DNA of 63,166 bases, the filler included, from Calcarisporiella thermophila CBS 279.70 (taxonomy: Eukaryota; Fungi; Calcarisporiellomycota), in NCBI RefSeq assembly GCF_041956535.1. It is 9 parts of 9 records of this genome, joined end to end, with 100 filler letters (N's around TTAATTAATTAA, not from the genome) between each part and the next. Parts side by side here need not be neighbours in the genome. Positions count along the whole stretch, not along the records: positions 38,878 to 42,661 come from NW_027192244.1; positions 42,762 to 46,531 come from NW_027192205.1; positions 46,632 to 53,891 come from NW_027192233.1; 6 more parts are not named here. One strand, written 5' to 3'. Shown here piece after piece: positions 39,868-52,249 of the stretch. Under the pieces are notes generated by a model, which saw only the letters and a list, made by a program, of their open reading frames with translations, made no database searches and was not told the DNA's origin. The position numbers and the translations under genes were made by a program. How positions within the stretch are numbered: position 1 is the stretch's first letter; the number at the start of each line of letters is the position of its first letter.

Positions 39868-41231
39868 TTAGGATAGTACTTTTCCGCCTCTTTTTTTAGC
39901 TGCTCTTGTCAGATATCCATTCGGTCTGCTTTCCACATTCCTTTCTACGCTCTCAGTTTCTTCCTCAAAACTATTCCTCTTGGCTCTCTTCCTGCTCTGC
40001 TCTATTTGCTGGACATTCAAAAGACGCTCTCCATTTGTATCTGTTGTATTCTGATCTTGATATAAATTAATACTATTCAATCCCTTTCGTCGTCTTATCA
40101 ACGGCTCTTCTTTAAATGAGAATGAGAAATATTAGTTGATATTCTTGGGAAAAAATTGGATATTATCCTCATATAATCTTTTAACTATGTCCATTTTACT
40201 AAACATGTACAATACCTTCCTCTGATGTTTCAAACTGTAATTCAGAATCTTCATATTGGACATCACTTGCATCTATTGAGTTTAATGATATGCTTTCGGG
40301 TTCATCAAATACCCTGATTGATCTCATAATATTTCCTCTTGACTTCTCTGATTGATATGCTCCTATATCGTCAAATTTCACATCGGAAAATAGAGTGTTA
40401 TGATCATTATAATATTGATAATATATAAAATAAATCAAGGCGAGCACCTACTTCTATTATGGATCAATTGCTTAATCCACTCGTGTATTGCCCAGTCCCC
40501 TTCGGTAAAGGGGAACCTTGGCTGTACTTTTCGAACTGCGCTCAAAATTTTTGGCCTCTCTTGAGAACTATAAGGTTGGTTTAAATCAATCCCACACTCG
40601 GTCATTATATCTCGCAAAATTGTCTATAAAAAATCTAATGATTTAGTCACAATCTATCAGTAGCCATTCTACTAAAACTTACACGGTACATTCTAGCATT
40701 TATTGGATCAATATTTAAAAATGCAGCAACATTTACATAAGCTTTTTTAACTGCAAATCCTGGCTTCGCAATACCACGCTCTCTACTTATATCATTCTAT
40801 AAATGAATTTGAAGTTTAATATATGGTATTCGCAAATATTCAGCACCGCATACAACAAAAAAATTGATACTGCAATTGGGCTATAGATACAACCATTTGA
40901 AATACGTGGGAAATCTTACCTGAACAATATTTGGCTCCTTAATAGTGTTATTCTTCCTCTTTTGACTTACATACCGAGCTCTAACTTCTGGGGAGCTGTA
41001 TACTTCATTGTCTTGATCCAAATAATCTCCCGGAGAGATAGTTGAAGATGAAAGCCTGTGGTTGCTGCTAGAGTCGCTATGAACAGTATGATAACCATCC
41101 CCTTCCCTCAAAACTTCTCTTCGCCTATTTATAGCGTTTACGATCGACTCAAGTGCGTCAGGCGAAAAGTTTTCAAACAGAAAATCCACCAAGTTATTGA
41201 ACGTTGGACGATTTTGATTCATTTGTTGCAT
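39868..41231 (-). mobile_element. Accessory multi-exon gene of CACTA-like element 1
   Basis: FPFTEGDWAIHEWIKQLIHN is shared with 60330-60410; divergent from the transposase. Confidence 0.6.
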
Positions 41232-41644
41232 GGAAGCAATAATACTTATTCTGTTGAAAAGGAATTTGAAAGGAGTTCATGAGCAAAAGTGAAAGAAAAA
41301 AAAAACATACTATAATGTTGGGGGTTCAAAAATTGCTTTGCTCATAAGCTAAAGGTGGGGTGATCCAATAAATAAACTCAGCACTGGTATTTTAAATGTA
41401 AATTGCGATCGATCAAATTGATCGCAATATTCAAAATTTCAAAGCTTAGACATATCAAAAGCTCTGATATTTCGAATAAATCATATTATAATGAAGTGAA
41501 AATTGATTGGATATTCTTTAATCTAGCAAACCCTAACAACTAATACCTTCCGAATTCGTTTTGCCTATATAATGCACGATATAAGGTTGTTTTTAAGTCT
41601 TTCTCAAAGCGTTGCCATTTGATAAATATCTATAAACAATTAAC

Positions 41645-42661
41645 ATGTCTCCAATACGGTTTATTTGCGTTTGCCCTATATGCCAAGGTCGGCGTCTTGT
41701 ATGCAAAACCACGCTATGGAAGCACGATAGATTGTATATAAAAAATATTAGGGACTCTAACAGCAACCATTCAATCGAGATTGAGGATGACGACAGAGAG
41801 TCTCTTGGGTAAGCGAAATTAAGCACGGTGTCTTGAACAAATTGAATTGATATACATTATTTCCTTTCAAAGCTCTTGTAGTCAGGATATCATTAGCTCT
41901 ATTGTTTCATTGAGCATAGATCTTGAAAATAATAGCATCTCGGCTGCTTACTCCGATGAAGAACAGGATATTGAAATGCCTCTAGCAGATGAGGTAGTTT
42001 CCGATGTCGACAGTAAATATTTCAGCGAGGACAGTGCTGATACGAGCTTCACGTGTGATGGTTAGTGTAATTCCCATTTTCAATTTAATTCAATATTATT
42101 TCTATTTTAACAGATAGTAATTATTTTTCTTTTACACCCCTATAATATAGATGAGCTGTCTGAAGAATTTATAAAGGGAATAAAGCTTCTCGAGATAAAA
42201 CTTGATCACCACTTTTCCAACGAAGCATTTCGCGCCATTAACAGAGTCACAAATATAAGCGCTGAAACTCCATACCGCATCGAGAAAAAGTTACAAAAGC
42301 TTGTTGGAATCAAACCGATATTGATTGATTGCTGCGTCAATTCTTGCACTGCTTTCACGCGAGGATATTCAAATCTCAGTAAATGCCCAATATGTACGGA
42401 AGATCGTTACAAACCTTATATTTCTGACGACCAAAAGCAACCGAGGAAAGCGTTTGCTTATTTTCCGCTTTGTGATCGATTTCGAATTCAATATCAAAAT
42501 GCAGCACGGTCAGAGGAGTTAGGGTATATTATTGTTTTTCGTTATATTAGCTAATCTAGTCGAGACTAAGAAGAGAAAATCATACTTGTAGTTATAGATC
42601 ACGTTATATTGAACAACCTCATTACGATCGTTCCATTCAGGTACCTCCTGAGTACGTATAT
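41645..42661 (+). mobile_element. CACTA/EnSpm-like transposase, 5' part, element 1
   Basis: MSPIRFICVCPIC...H N-terminal finger, acidic linker, IDCCVNSCTAF, CPICTEDRY, YFPL.DRF. Confidence 0.78.
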
Positions 42662-42876
42662 NNNNNNNNNNNNNNNNNNNNNNNNNNNNNNNNNNNNNNN
42701 NNNNNTTAATTAATTAANNNNNNNNNNNNNNNNNNNNNNNNNNNNNNNNNNNNNNNNNNNNCAAAAAAAAAAATCAAGTTATATTATACTAGATATTAGG
42801 GATAACAATATTATAATATTATTTTTCTTAAATAAATGATAAGCATGAACCTTTAACCTAAATTTAAAAAGAACTC

Positions 42877-43527
42877 TTATTCTTCTTTTGCGATGGTTTT
42901 GACCCAAGCAGGGTGACTGGTAATGTTCTTCCACCAGCGGGTAACATTGGGACGTTCCGGAGAGTTGAAAATATCCTCTGCACCCGCTACGCATGCATAG
43001 TGACCGTAGGGTAGGTGAACGATGTCGGCCAGTGTAAGAGAATCTCCCACCAAATAATCCTTGCCCTCCAAAAACTTGTCATAGATGTTCAGAGTTTCGG
43101 TAATCTTGTGCCTATTAGTTTTAACAAGCTCAGGATTGGTCTCTCCAAGGCCAAACATATTTTTAAATAATGCCTCCCAAACGAAACCGGAGACACCTGG
43201 GTCAAAATAAGAGGTTTCGACCGAAATATATTGTTCGACAAGGCCGGCAGCTTGTGGGTCCTTGGGGATCAGTTGAGCAGAAGTATCGGTTTGATACTTG
43301 GCAATAAGATAGCGACAGATAGCACGGGACTCGTAGATATAGAAGTCACCATCCTGGACTACAGGGATTTTGCCAAAAGGCTGTATCTTCAAGAATTCAG
43401 GAGCCATATGTTCGCCTTTGGCCATGTCGACATGGACTATCTCGTATGGAATGCCAAGGGCATTGCATGTGGTAATCACACGAAGAAAGCATGTCGAGAT
43501 TGGACTTCCGTAGACTTTAATAGTCAT
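42877..43527 (-). CDS. Glutathione S-transferase (Phi-like), intronless, 216 aa
   Basis: QPFGKIP, YESRAI, YLVGDSLTLADI.HLP, PNVTRWW. Confidence 0.95.
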   Translation of the reverse strand: MTIKVYGSPISTCFLRVITTCNALGIPYEIVHVDMAKGEHMAPEFLKIQPFGKIPVVQDGDFYIYESRAICRYLIAKYQTDTSAQLIPKDPQAAGLVEQYISVETSYFDPGVSGFVWEALFKNMFGLGETNPELVKTNRHKITETLNIYDKFLEGKDYLVGDSLTLADIVHLPYGHYACVAGAEDIFNSPERPNVTRWWKNITSHPAWVKTIAKEE

Positions 43528-45577
43528 TTCGATTGTCTGAATATGCTTGTTTTAAATGAGACACCTGCCGTGTTGGTTGACTCTCGATGCTTTATTTAAT
43601 AGAGAGTTGGGGTGGATGTGACTGTGGGAAGAGTCTAACGGGCTAAGAGATTACTCATGAATCGAAGCGCATTAATCGATGATTCAACCTGTAGTGTAAC
43701 GTACTTCATGGATAACGACGAATCCAAACAACCGAGAGTGAATATTATATATATCCATATATATGTTTATTGACACACAAGAAAAATTACTCAAAGTATC
43801 CACAAAGTAATGTTCAATGTTTATCGTATACAGGAGTATAAGAAAGTGTGTAGCCATGAAGGACATAAATCAATTGACGAAGATATATAATTTAGAACAT
43901 TATTATTGTTAAAACAATAGTAGGTATATCATAACCTGACTTCTCTATAGAATTTATAAAATCATCTAAAAAATTAACATTTTGAAAATTTAACAAATGA
44001 CCATGGCGTTCCAGGTGACTCACCAACGCCCATATATTCGTCACCTCCAATACAATGTCCAAACTTATCAATATGAAACAACAGCACGTGCATAACGGAT
44101 GCATGTTATGAATGTTATGAATGTTATAGCAATCAAACCCTCCTATATTATATACGCTCATTGACTGGTGAGGCTTGAGTATTAATATTATTACAAACTA
44201 AAAATGTAAGTTAAAAAATGATCGCTATTGAATGTCATATTTCTTCCAATAAACTCTCTTCGGTCAGTATCATTTAAATTGAATTATTCTATTACTCTAC
44301 TGCAATTATTGTATCTATTCCAAGATCATATAAATAATTTCTTGAGTTATTAAATAGATGTCAAGGTATTTTCTCTATTAATTGTTCTATCATTCACATA
44401 TTCCTATTTTTGTAACTGTCTACTGGGACTAATCTTCCCTTTTTCAACATAAATCCATAATTATAATCTGATAATCTCGATTTTATTAATTTTATCCGGT
44501 TATACTAGAACATATAAACTTTAAATCATAACGTTACTCTAAACTAATATATTTTCCGTGCAAGAAATCTTTCCATTTTCCGATAAATCCACCAGTAATA
44601 CGCCATAGTGATGATTGAAATATCCAATATCATTATAAAGCCATAGTTTAGTAGCTCTCTGAGGCATACTGCTCACAATGCAAAAATGCACATTCCTTTG
44701 ATGCCATGTGCTCCACTGAGGATATGTATATACGATACATCTTAGAAACAAAATTTTACATTTTTCCTTATCTCCATATCTCATTTAACAAATTTTAATG
44801 AGCCCTAAATTTCCCACAACATATTTACCGATATCATGCAGAATCCGTCAGATAAAATATGTTTTACGGACTCTAAGTCGGAACTGAATGGGTGCCACAT
44901 TCTGATCTCAGGATAGATTCCGCATTTTTCATAACGAAAAATAAAACTCTTCTGCTACAATCTTAAAGAATGTAATAGTGTAGATTGTATAATCAGAATT
45001 ACTTGGAGGACACAATAAATAGGTCTATATGAAAATTGAACGGCATATGTAAATAAAGTATGCTCAACCCATTAAATATATGTTGATACGGTCAATTTAG
45101 TAAACAGATTTACCTTGTAAGGGAACTCGGCTCTTAAATAAGGCTTTTATCAGTAGTTAAATGTATATTAGAGTTACACTAGATAGCTTGGATGTAAGAT
45201 GTCTTCGGCTGAAATAATCTAGGTAGTCTTAACTATATTATTGTCTTCACGCCAAATGTAACATATCCCGCTACAAAAATATTGGATATAATCCAAAAGC
45301 AGTTAAACTCCACTTATATTCGTGAATTTGTAATGTTCGAATCGGAATAGAAATTATTTACATATATGGTTATGAGACTGGCGTTAATTAAAGCTTTGTC
45401 TCTTCAAGTATTAAAAATGCGCTGATTGATTATTCAGCGTCCTTATATAATTAAAATTGACATATTAGGCAACTAATTTCTCACGAAATTATTTATTTAA
45501 TTAGAATGAATTTTGACATTTCAATTAACCATCTACCCAATACTGTGGTACAATACAACCTCTTTATATTTAACAAC

Positions 45578-46228
45578 ATGGCAATCAAAATCTACGGAGT
45601 TCCAGCCTCAACTTGCGTTCTTCGCGTCACTACTACATGCAATGCCCTAGGTCTTTCTTACGAAATTGTCCCAGTCGACATGGCCAAAGGGGAGCACAAA
45701 AGTGCTGAATTCTTGAAGCTACAGCCTTTTGGCAAAATCCCTGTAGTCCAGGATGGTGACTTCTATATCTACGAGTCCCGTGCTATCTGTCGCTATCTTA
45801 TTGCCAAGTATCAAACCGATACTTCTGCTCAACTGATCCCCAAGGACCCACAAGCTGCCGGCCTTGTCGAACAATATATTTCGGTCGAAACCTCCTATTA
45901 TGACCCTGGCGTCTACGGCTTTGTTAAGGAAGTTTTATTCAAAAAATGGTTCGGCCTTGGAGAACCTGATCAAGAAATTGTTAATGCCAACCGAAAAACG
46001 ATCATCGAAACTCTGAACATCTATGACAAGTTTTTGGAGGGCAAGGATTATTTGGTGGGAGATTCTCTTACACTGGCCGATATCGTTCACCTACCCTACG
46101 GTCACTATGCGTGTGTAGCGGGTGCAGAGGATATTTTCAACTCTCCGGAACGTCCCAATGTTACCCGCTGGTGGAAGAACATTACCAGCCATCCTGCTTG
46201 GATCAAGGCACTCCCCAAACAGGAGTAG
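45578..46228 (+). CDS. Glutathione S-transferase (Phi-like) paralog, 216 aa
   Basis: Same motifs; start at MAIKIYG (45578) by alignment to the paralog. Confidence 0.95.
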   Translation: MAIKIYGVPASTCVLRVTTTCNALGLSYEIVPVDMAKGEHKSAEFLKLQPFGKIPVVQDGDFYIYESRAICRYLIAKYQTDTSAQLIPKDPQAAGLVEQYISVETSYYDPGVYGFVKEVLFKKWFGLGEPDQEIVNANRKTIIETLNIYDKFLEGKDYLVGDSLTLADIVHLPYGHYACVAGAEDIFNSPERPNVTRWWKNITSHPAWIKALPKQE

Positions 46229-46714
46229 GATGCAATTTCTTATATAGATTATATAATGAGAACTGTTATACTCGCATTCATACTGTAATAATAAAAAGAC
46301 TAAATACACATCTTAAATTTATACAGAAAATTGCAAATATGGTATTGAAATGAAGAGTCGTTCATTCTTTGAAATTTAGCAAATAAGTGATAATTAATAA
46401 AGGGTGATTATTGAAAGGTGTTCAATGATGCATAACAATATGGTAATTTACATGTCAATAAATCTTAGTTTTGACCTATAACGGAGAAAGCAGAGGATGA
46501 GAAAAAGGGGAAAAAAAAACAAAAAAAAAAANNNNNNNNNNNNNNNNNNNNNNNNNNNNNNNNNNNNNNNNNNNNTTAATTAATTAANNNNNNNNNNNNN
46601 NNNNNNNNNNNNNNNNNNNNNNNNNNNNNNNACGAATGTTGCGTCGAATATATGTCTAATAAGGTCTATCCCGACAATCCTCTGCCCTGACCCTATCTAT
46701 GACCACATTCAAAC

Positions 46715-47051
46715 GGGGGAGGGTTAGTGTAGTGGACTATCCCTGGGATGCCGATGTGAACGGCGTGGGTTCGAATCCCACTTCCCCCACCAGCACTTAC
46801 TCTTAGTTTGTGGCTGCTATCCACTTGATCAGAAGCTGAGTCTTGATTATTGAAAAGATCGCCCTTACGATAAGTACAACGATTACATTGGTTTCACGTA
46901 CAGGCTATTCACGACAACTACGATACACGCATATAGATTGAACGTCTATCGATCAAGGACCTATATCTCGTTATGTTAAGTCCATTGACATTAACTTCAT
47001 GTAATATATGGAAATTAAATAAAAGTTTCCATTAATTGATCAAAAAAAAAA
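46715..47051 (+). mobile_element. tRNA-derived SINE copy 1
   Basis: A box TAGTGTAGTGG, B box GGTTCGAATCC, CCA-ended head, poly(A); 16-bp TSD CTATCTATGACCACAT (46693-46708/47052-47067) with 6 extra 5' nt (TCAAAC). Confidence 0.93.
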
Positions 47052-48522
47052 CTATCTATGACCACATGGCCATCCAAATACATATTTGCACGACCGCAGC
47101 CCCAAAAGGGAAAATGCGGACAATGGCGCTTCAACGCAGCCCTTGCAAATGAAAAGGCCTACTCCTCCCTCCTCAAAGCACTATGGCAGCAGCTATGCTT
47201 AGAACGCGAATCCTCCAAGACGGCCGGCGAATTCTGGAACAAGACCAAAAGGTTATTTCAAGAATTCACAACAGCATACGCGTCACAACGCCAACGCCGA
47301 TTCAGGGCAGAGGAGACACGCATACATAGGGCCCTCCGCCAACTAGGGAATACCCCAGACACGGAAGCATCACGCTCTCAAAATGACGAGCTCCGTAATC
47401 AACTCGCGACTCACACAAATCGCAAAGCAGAGGCCCTCCGCATTCGCTCCAGAATAATGTGGACCGACGCGGGGGAAAAATCCTCAGCTTACTTCCACCG
47501 CCGAATCGCGGGTCGACGAGCCGTCAACGCGATGACGGCACTTAAAAAGCCAGACGGAGCAAATACTGAGGACCCAAGTAAAATGGCCATACTAACAAAC
47601 CGCTTCTACACAGAACTATACTCCGCCGGCCCAACATCCTCGGCGGGTCAAGAAGAACTCCTAGGCCACATTGAAAACACACTATTGCCAGAACACCGTA
47701 CCCTCCTCGACCGACCGATCACTGAGGAGGAAGAAGAGCGATCCGCAAAGCACCGCGAAACAAATCGCCTGGCCCCGATGGATTGACAGCTGAGTTCTAT
47801 AGAGCTTTCGAAGATGAACTGGCCCCTTTCCTCCTAGAACTCTTTAATGAAGCTCTCACAACCAACTCCCCACTTTTATTCTCCAAACGAGCGACAATCA
47901 TTTTAATATACAAACGGAAAGGCGACGCTACGGAACTGGGAAACTGGCGACCAATATCCCTTCTCAACGTCGACATCAAAATGCTGACGCGAATTCTCTC
48001 GTGGAGACTACAAGCCTTCATATACACAATCATCCACGTGGATCAATGTGGATTTGCCCCAGGGAGGCGAGCCCACGAGAACGCACTAGCTATACAACAA
48101 ACCATCGACCACGCGACCAAAAATAAGGTCAACGGTGCTCTCCTCTTTCTTGACCAAGAAAAGGCCTATGACCGGGTAAGCTGGGCATGGATACAGAGGT
48201 GCCTAGAGAAGTTCAACTTCGGCCCGCGATTTCGATCCTTTATCCATAGATTACACGAAGGCTTTCAAGCGTCAGTGTGCATAGATGGCTCTCTAACGGC
48301 TCCATTTCCTATCACAAGAGGAGTTCGACAAGGTGATCCACTGTCTCCATACCTATACAACATCGCAGTTGAACCTCTACTCGCCGCAATCAGAGCCAAG
48401 ATACGCGGCATTACCATTTCAGCACCACAACGACCCCTCAAAGCGCTCGCCTACGCAGACGATTTGACCGTAGGAGTTGTAGACCAACAAGATGCTGACC
48501 ACCTGTTTCAAATCCTCGACAT
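47052..48522 (+). mobile_element. L1/Tx1-clade LINE ORF2 fragment (end of APE domain through RT), frameshifted, truncated at both ends
   Basis: DHMAI...GQWRFN, GEKSSAYF, NWRPISLLNVDIK, DQEKAYDRV, GVRQGDPLSP, AYADD. Confidence 0.93.
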
Positions 48523-48821
48523 ACTGTTTTTTCCGTATTAGTTTCATCACTTTCCCACATATCCGCAAACAATTTTACAATGTATAAATCTACAGTTACT
48601 CTCCACCTACAAACGCAATAAATAATAAGATGGATGGAGGTATTTTAGATGATCAATTGTCTTCTCAATAATATTTCTAATTTTTCATAGTAATATGGTA
48701 TTAAATATTTTTGAGGATTTTGTAGAGTTTAAAATAATTTAATGCAAATAAGTGAAATGGAATTGGCCCAGCCACTGATAATGTGTAGTGCCCGTGCCAG
48801 TAGGAGAGCAGCCCAGCATGG

Positions 48822-50384
48822 TCACTGCCACATCGCAGTTGTCAGACCCCACCAACACTGCTCGGCACGTTGTGTCATCGTTTTGTCCTGTTTTGCCAGA
48901 CGGTACGCGGCAATCATGCGCTCCATGGCGCGTCTGCGTTCATTACGATCATAAGCACATTGAGGAGAAGCACCGTTCCTCATGATTTGGTACTTAGCCA
49001 TGCATCCAGCAATACCGTGCGCCAAACCACATATGGCAGCGTCGTCCACGCGCGGCACATCGCGCCTGTTAAGTAGTCCTTTGGTTGTCCCAAAATGTAT
49101 CAAGATTTGGTGTGGCCAGGCGCCCCCAACGGCAAAAGTCGTGAGTGTTGCGCGATCTGGTCCATCAGGTCCGCACACACTCCTAGTTGAAGAAGTCCAT
49201 CCGCCACCAACACATCTACTGATTATACGTACATCTCTAAGCGTGCTGCCTAGCCCGGGCCATTTTTTGTCGGCCGTGATCTCTAGCTCAGTCGTAACCT
49301 CGTCCTCTGGAGCAAAGTTCCTCGCGATTGTTGCCGCGGTATCAAACCCAGAATCCAGCAGGGCGTTCATTACCTTCAACCTCTCCTCTATGGCTATCCC
49401 AGGATAGCTTGACATACATGACGTGAGGTAGTCAATAGTAGCTGATACAGGCACTCCTAACTTCCTGGCAAACTCACAACCGGCGCACCCAGACAAAGAA
49501 CGGGCTACGTTTACAGCAATGGGATCCGCCGGCCAACCTCCCACTCTCTCAGATACTTCACATATAAATTCATCTTGTAGCAGTCCGAATTCACGTACAC
49601 GATACAAGGCCTGTTTGAGTTCCGATTCGTCCACGTCGACTTGATGTATTTCGCTTTGTTCCAGCCAGTTAAGCAACTTGTGGTGGTCGTTGGGTCCACC
49701 ATTGGCCACGCCCCAGCGTACATACGAGAAAGCGGCATATGAGGCATAGCTGTGTCCCCATTTGTTGAAAAGCGCCATCACTCTACACGTTAAGATACGG
49801 TTGCCGCTCCGAATCGTGTTGCCCCACACGACCTCAAAAGCATCGTCAGCCAAATACTCACGTGAACTCAGTGCTGCCACTTCAGCCCAGTCATGCACCC
49901 ACCGGTCGCATGGTATCTCCAGCCCTCGCAACACACAGCACAATACCAGGGCAACACATGCTAAGGTGTATGTCGTTTTAACTGTACCACGCCTATCACT
50001 CCCTGCCATACCATGCAGTGCTGAGCACCCCTGTTCACAAAAAGTCCGCAGTCTTGCTTGCCATTCCTTCGACACGCCAAGCATCTTAAGAGCCTCCTCA
50101 CACTCAATCCATTTCTCAGTTTCTGAGCAAATGCAGTGACGCGAATCGAGATTCTCACCAATGACACGAAACACCCTCTGTAACGCCATGCGATCGTACT
50201 CTTCAGGACAGTAGCCTTGAATTGCGGCCCCCCATGCTATCGCTGCTAAATCATAATTATAACGACCCCCCACCATACGGTCTTGAATATCGCCACCACC
50301 GGATAGCGTGTTGTGCCCAACTCTCCGTTGGTCGTCGTACGTTTTCATCTCGTCGCCACAAATGTAATCCGTCTTTGGGTGCAT
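48822..50384 (-). CDS. Intronless 520-aa orphan protein, candidate endogenous viral element
   Basis: Long open GC-richer block with sharp AT-rich borders; rich in Cys/Trp/Gly/Ala; no fungal motif recognised. Confidence 0.6.
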   Translation of the reverse strand: MHPKTDYICGDEMKTYDDQRRVGHNTLSGGGDIQDRMVGGRYNYDLAAIAWGAAIQGYCPEEYDRMALQRVFRVIGENLDSRHCICSETEKWIECEEALKMLGVSKEWQARLRTFCEQGCSALHGMAGSDRRGTVKTTYTLACVALVLCCVLRGLEIPCDRWVHDWAEVAALSSREYLADDAFEVVWGNTIRSGNRILTCRVMALFNKWGHSYASYAAFSYVRWGVANGGPNDHHKLLNWLEQSEIHQVDVDESELKQALYRVREFGLLQDEFICEVSERVGGWPADPIAVNVARSLSGCAGCEFARKLGVPVSATIDYLTSCMSSYPGIAIEERLKVMNALLDSGFDTAATIARNFAPEDEVTTELEITADKKWPGLGSTLRDVRIISRCVGGGWTSSTRSVCGPDGPDRATLTTFAVGGAWPHQILIHFGTTKGLLNRRDVPRVDDAAICGLAHGIAGCMAKYQIMRNGASPQCAYDRNERRRAMERMIAAYRLAKQDKTMTQRAEQCWWGLTTAMWQ

Positions 50385-52091
50385 TTGATGTCAAAGATTA
50401 GTTGTATATTTTTTTTGTTTTTTAAGAAAGACTGGTTAATTTTTTCTTTACAATTTTCAAGGCTTGTTTAAAAACTTCAAGGGTTTACTCTTTACATAAT
50501 ACAGTTTGTCGTTAAATGGCAAATTCTAAAACTGGGGTTATATATTACTTTGCTAAGCATTACGGCTTTTTTTTATCAATCAATGGGGGCTTTTATAATT
50601 AATAATTTCCAAATGTTGCAAGTCAATGACAATGAGCTTTACATAACGAGAATTCAGTCGTGTTCGATTTGTTTCGCTGTTGTCGTGAATAATTTGTAGG
50701 AGAAATAAGTAACGAAGGTAATCTAATAAAAGAAATTTCCCGGTGTTGAAAGTCAGTTGAACCTCAGGTCTCGGTCTTAAAATATCACCTCCGGTGTTTC
50801 GTGTCGTTTGTCATTTTTCAGTATCGAAGAAAACCCTGGCTCCCTTAGGCTCATTTGTTGATGTCACTGTCGGAGAGAAGCGGGCCTGCTTGGTGAGTCA
50901 ATCGACGAATGTACTAATATCGAGTCGTAACTTAAAATAGCACGTGTTTTCGACGGGTGGGCTGTCAAATTCGTCCATTTTGATTGTTATTGTATTGATA
51001 TCTCGAAAGGCCGAAGGAATTCCGCCAGAGAATAATTATTCATTTTGGTCTGTTAACAAAATTCGCAACTCGCCACGTATATCTTGACATAAGGGCCTAA
51101 TAGAAAAATCGGTGAAAACGCTCACAATTTTTTGAATTCATAGGTGTCCCCCAATTGAAATATCATAATTGGAATTTATGATGAACTGATTCTTGGGTTC
51201 AGGAATAATAAAATCAATGCGAAAATTATGCCGATCTAGAGGTCATGGAGCGATTTTTCGTGTGATATTCTTCAAGAATTTTTGATTAATTGGAGAAAAG
51301 TCGAAAGGTACTTGACGAATTTTCAGACGAATTTTCAGTACAAGCTGGCAAGTCCTAGGAAGGAAATAATCTCGGTTGTCGATTTCTTAACTATTCTCGA
51401 ATTGTATTTATTTTCACTTCATTGACATGGATATTTGCAATGGAATTTGCGTGTACTAAGAACACAGAGTATTACCTGAAGAATTCGCTTTTACCCCTCT
51501 TACCGTATAGCTTGCTTTCTCCTAAGAATTATGACATGATTCTAACATATCTAGATGGAATGTCGGGTTGAATATAAAAATATTTGGGGTTCCTTAGGAC
51601 ACAAGCAAATGTATGGAAGGAACGAAATTTAACCAAAATACCAAAAGCAATTTGTAAATACATTTGAGTTTTACCAATGTATATATAATCAAGGTAGCGT
51701 GTGAATCAACAGCCTGATAAGATTCATGCATTTTTTTTGTAGAAGTGCTCAACTCATTCACTTAGTAGATATTTGTAAAAGGATGGTGATATCTTTGTTC
51801 CCATTCGTTTTTCTATCTGATCAGGATATTATCATTAAAGAAAAATTTTGTAAAAATTTTCTCAATTTTGTCCCCGACTGAAATTGTAATGCATGAAAAG
51901 AATGGATATTCTCTTCGAGATCAAAAGGCGTTGAATGCGTACACGCGAGAGAATAAACGCAATATTTTTTTAAACTCCATATCAGCAACTAGTTTTTACA
52001 CAAATTTATTTTGCTTTTAATTTTCTGTATACATAAGGCATTATTCTAAAGTAAAGCTTAAGATAAAAAATTCAAAAAAAAGCAATTTTTT

Positions 52092-52163
52092 GGGCTCAAC
52101 CGGGATTTGAACCCGGGACCTCTCCGACCCAAACGGAGAATCATACTACTAGACCATTGAGCC
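52092..52163 (-). tRNA. tRNA-Pro (TGG), D-loop GG changed to AG
   Basis: GGCTCAATGGTCTAGTAGTATGATTCTCCGTTTGGGTCGGAG...GGTTCAAATCCCGGTTGAGCCC. Confidence 0.9.
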
Positions 52164-52249
52164 CGATTTTGCGTAATTTGCCACAAGAAAATTGGTTTTT
52201 GGTACAAGCAAGTCACTTTGACAGTCACAAGGTATTCGAGAGCGTAGTC

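Noticed and set aside
44098-44128. ATGTTATGA x3 and similar short tandem repeats
   Set aside because: Ordinary slippage repeats without spacers; not CRISPR-like.
45506-45577. 24-aa N-terminal extension of the second GST
   Set aside because: AT-rich and absent from the paralog; likely 5'UTR.
46715-46792. SINE head as a functional tRNA or tmRNA
   Set aside because: No canonical anticodon arm, attached to the same downstream sequence in all copies with poly(A) and TSDs where visible; no tmRNA-like split acceptor domain or tag ORF.
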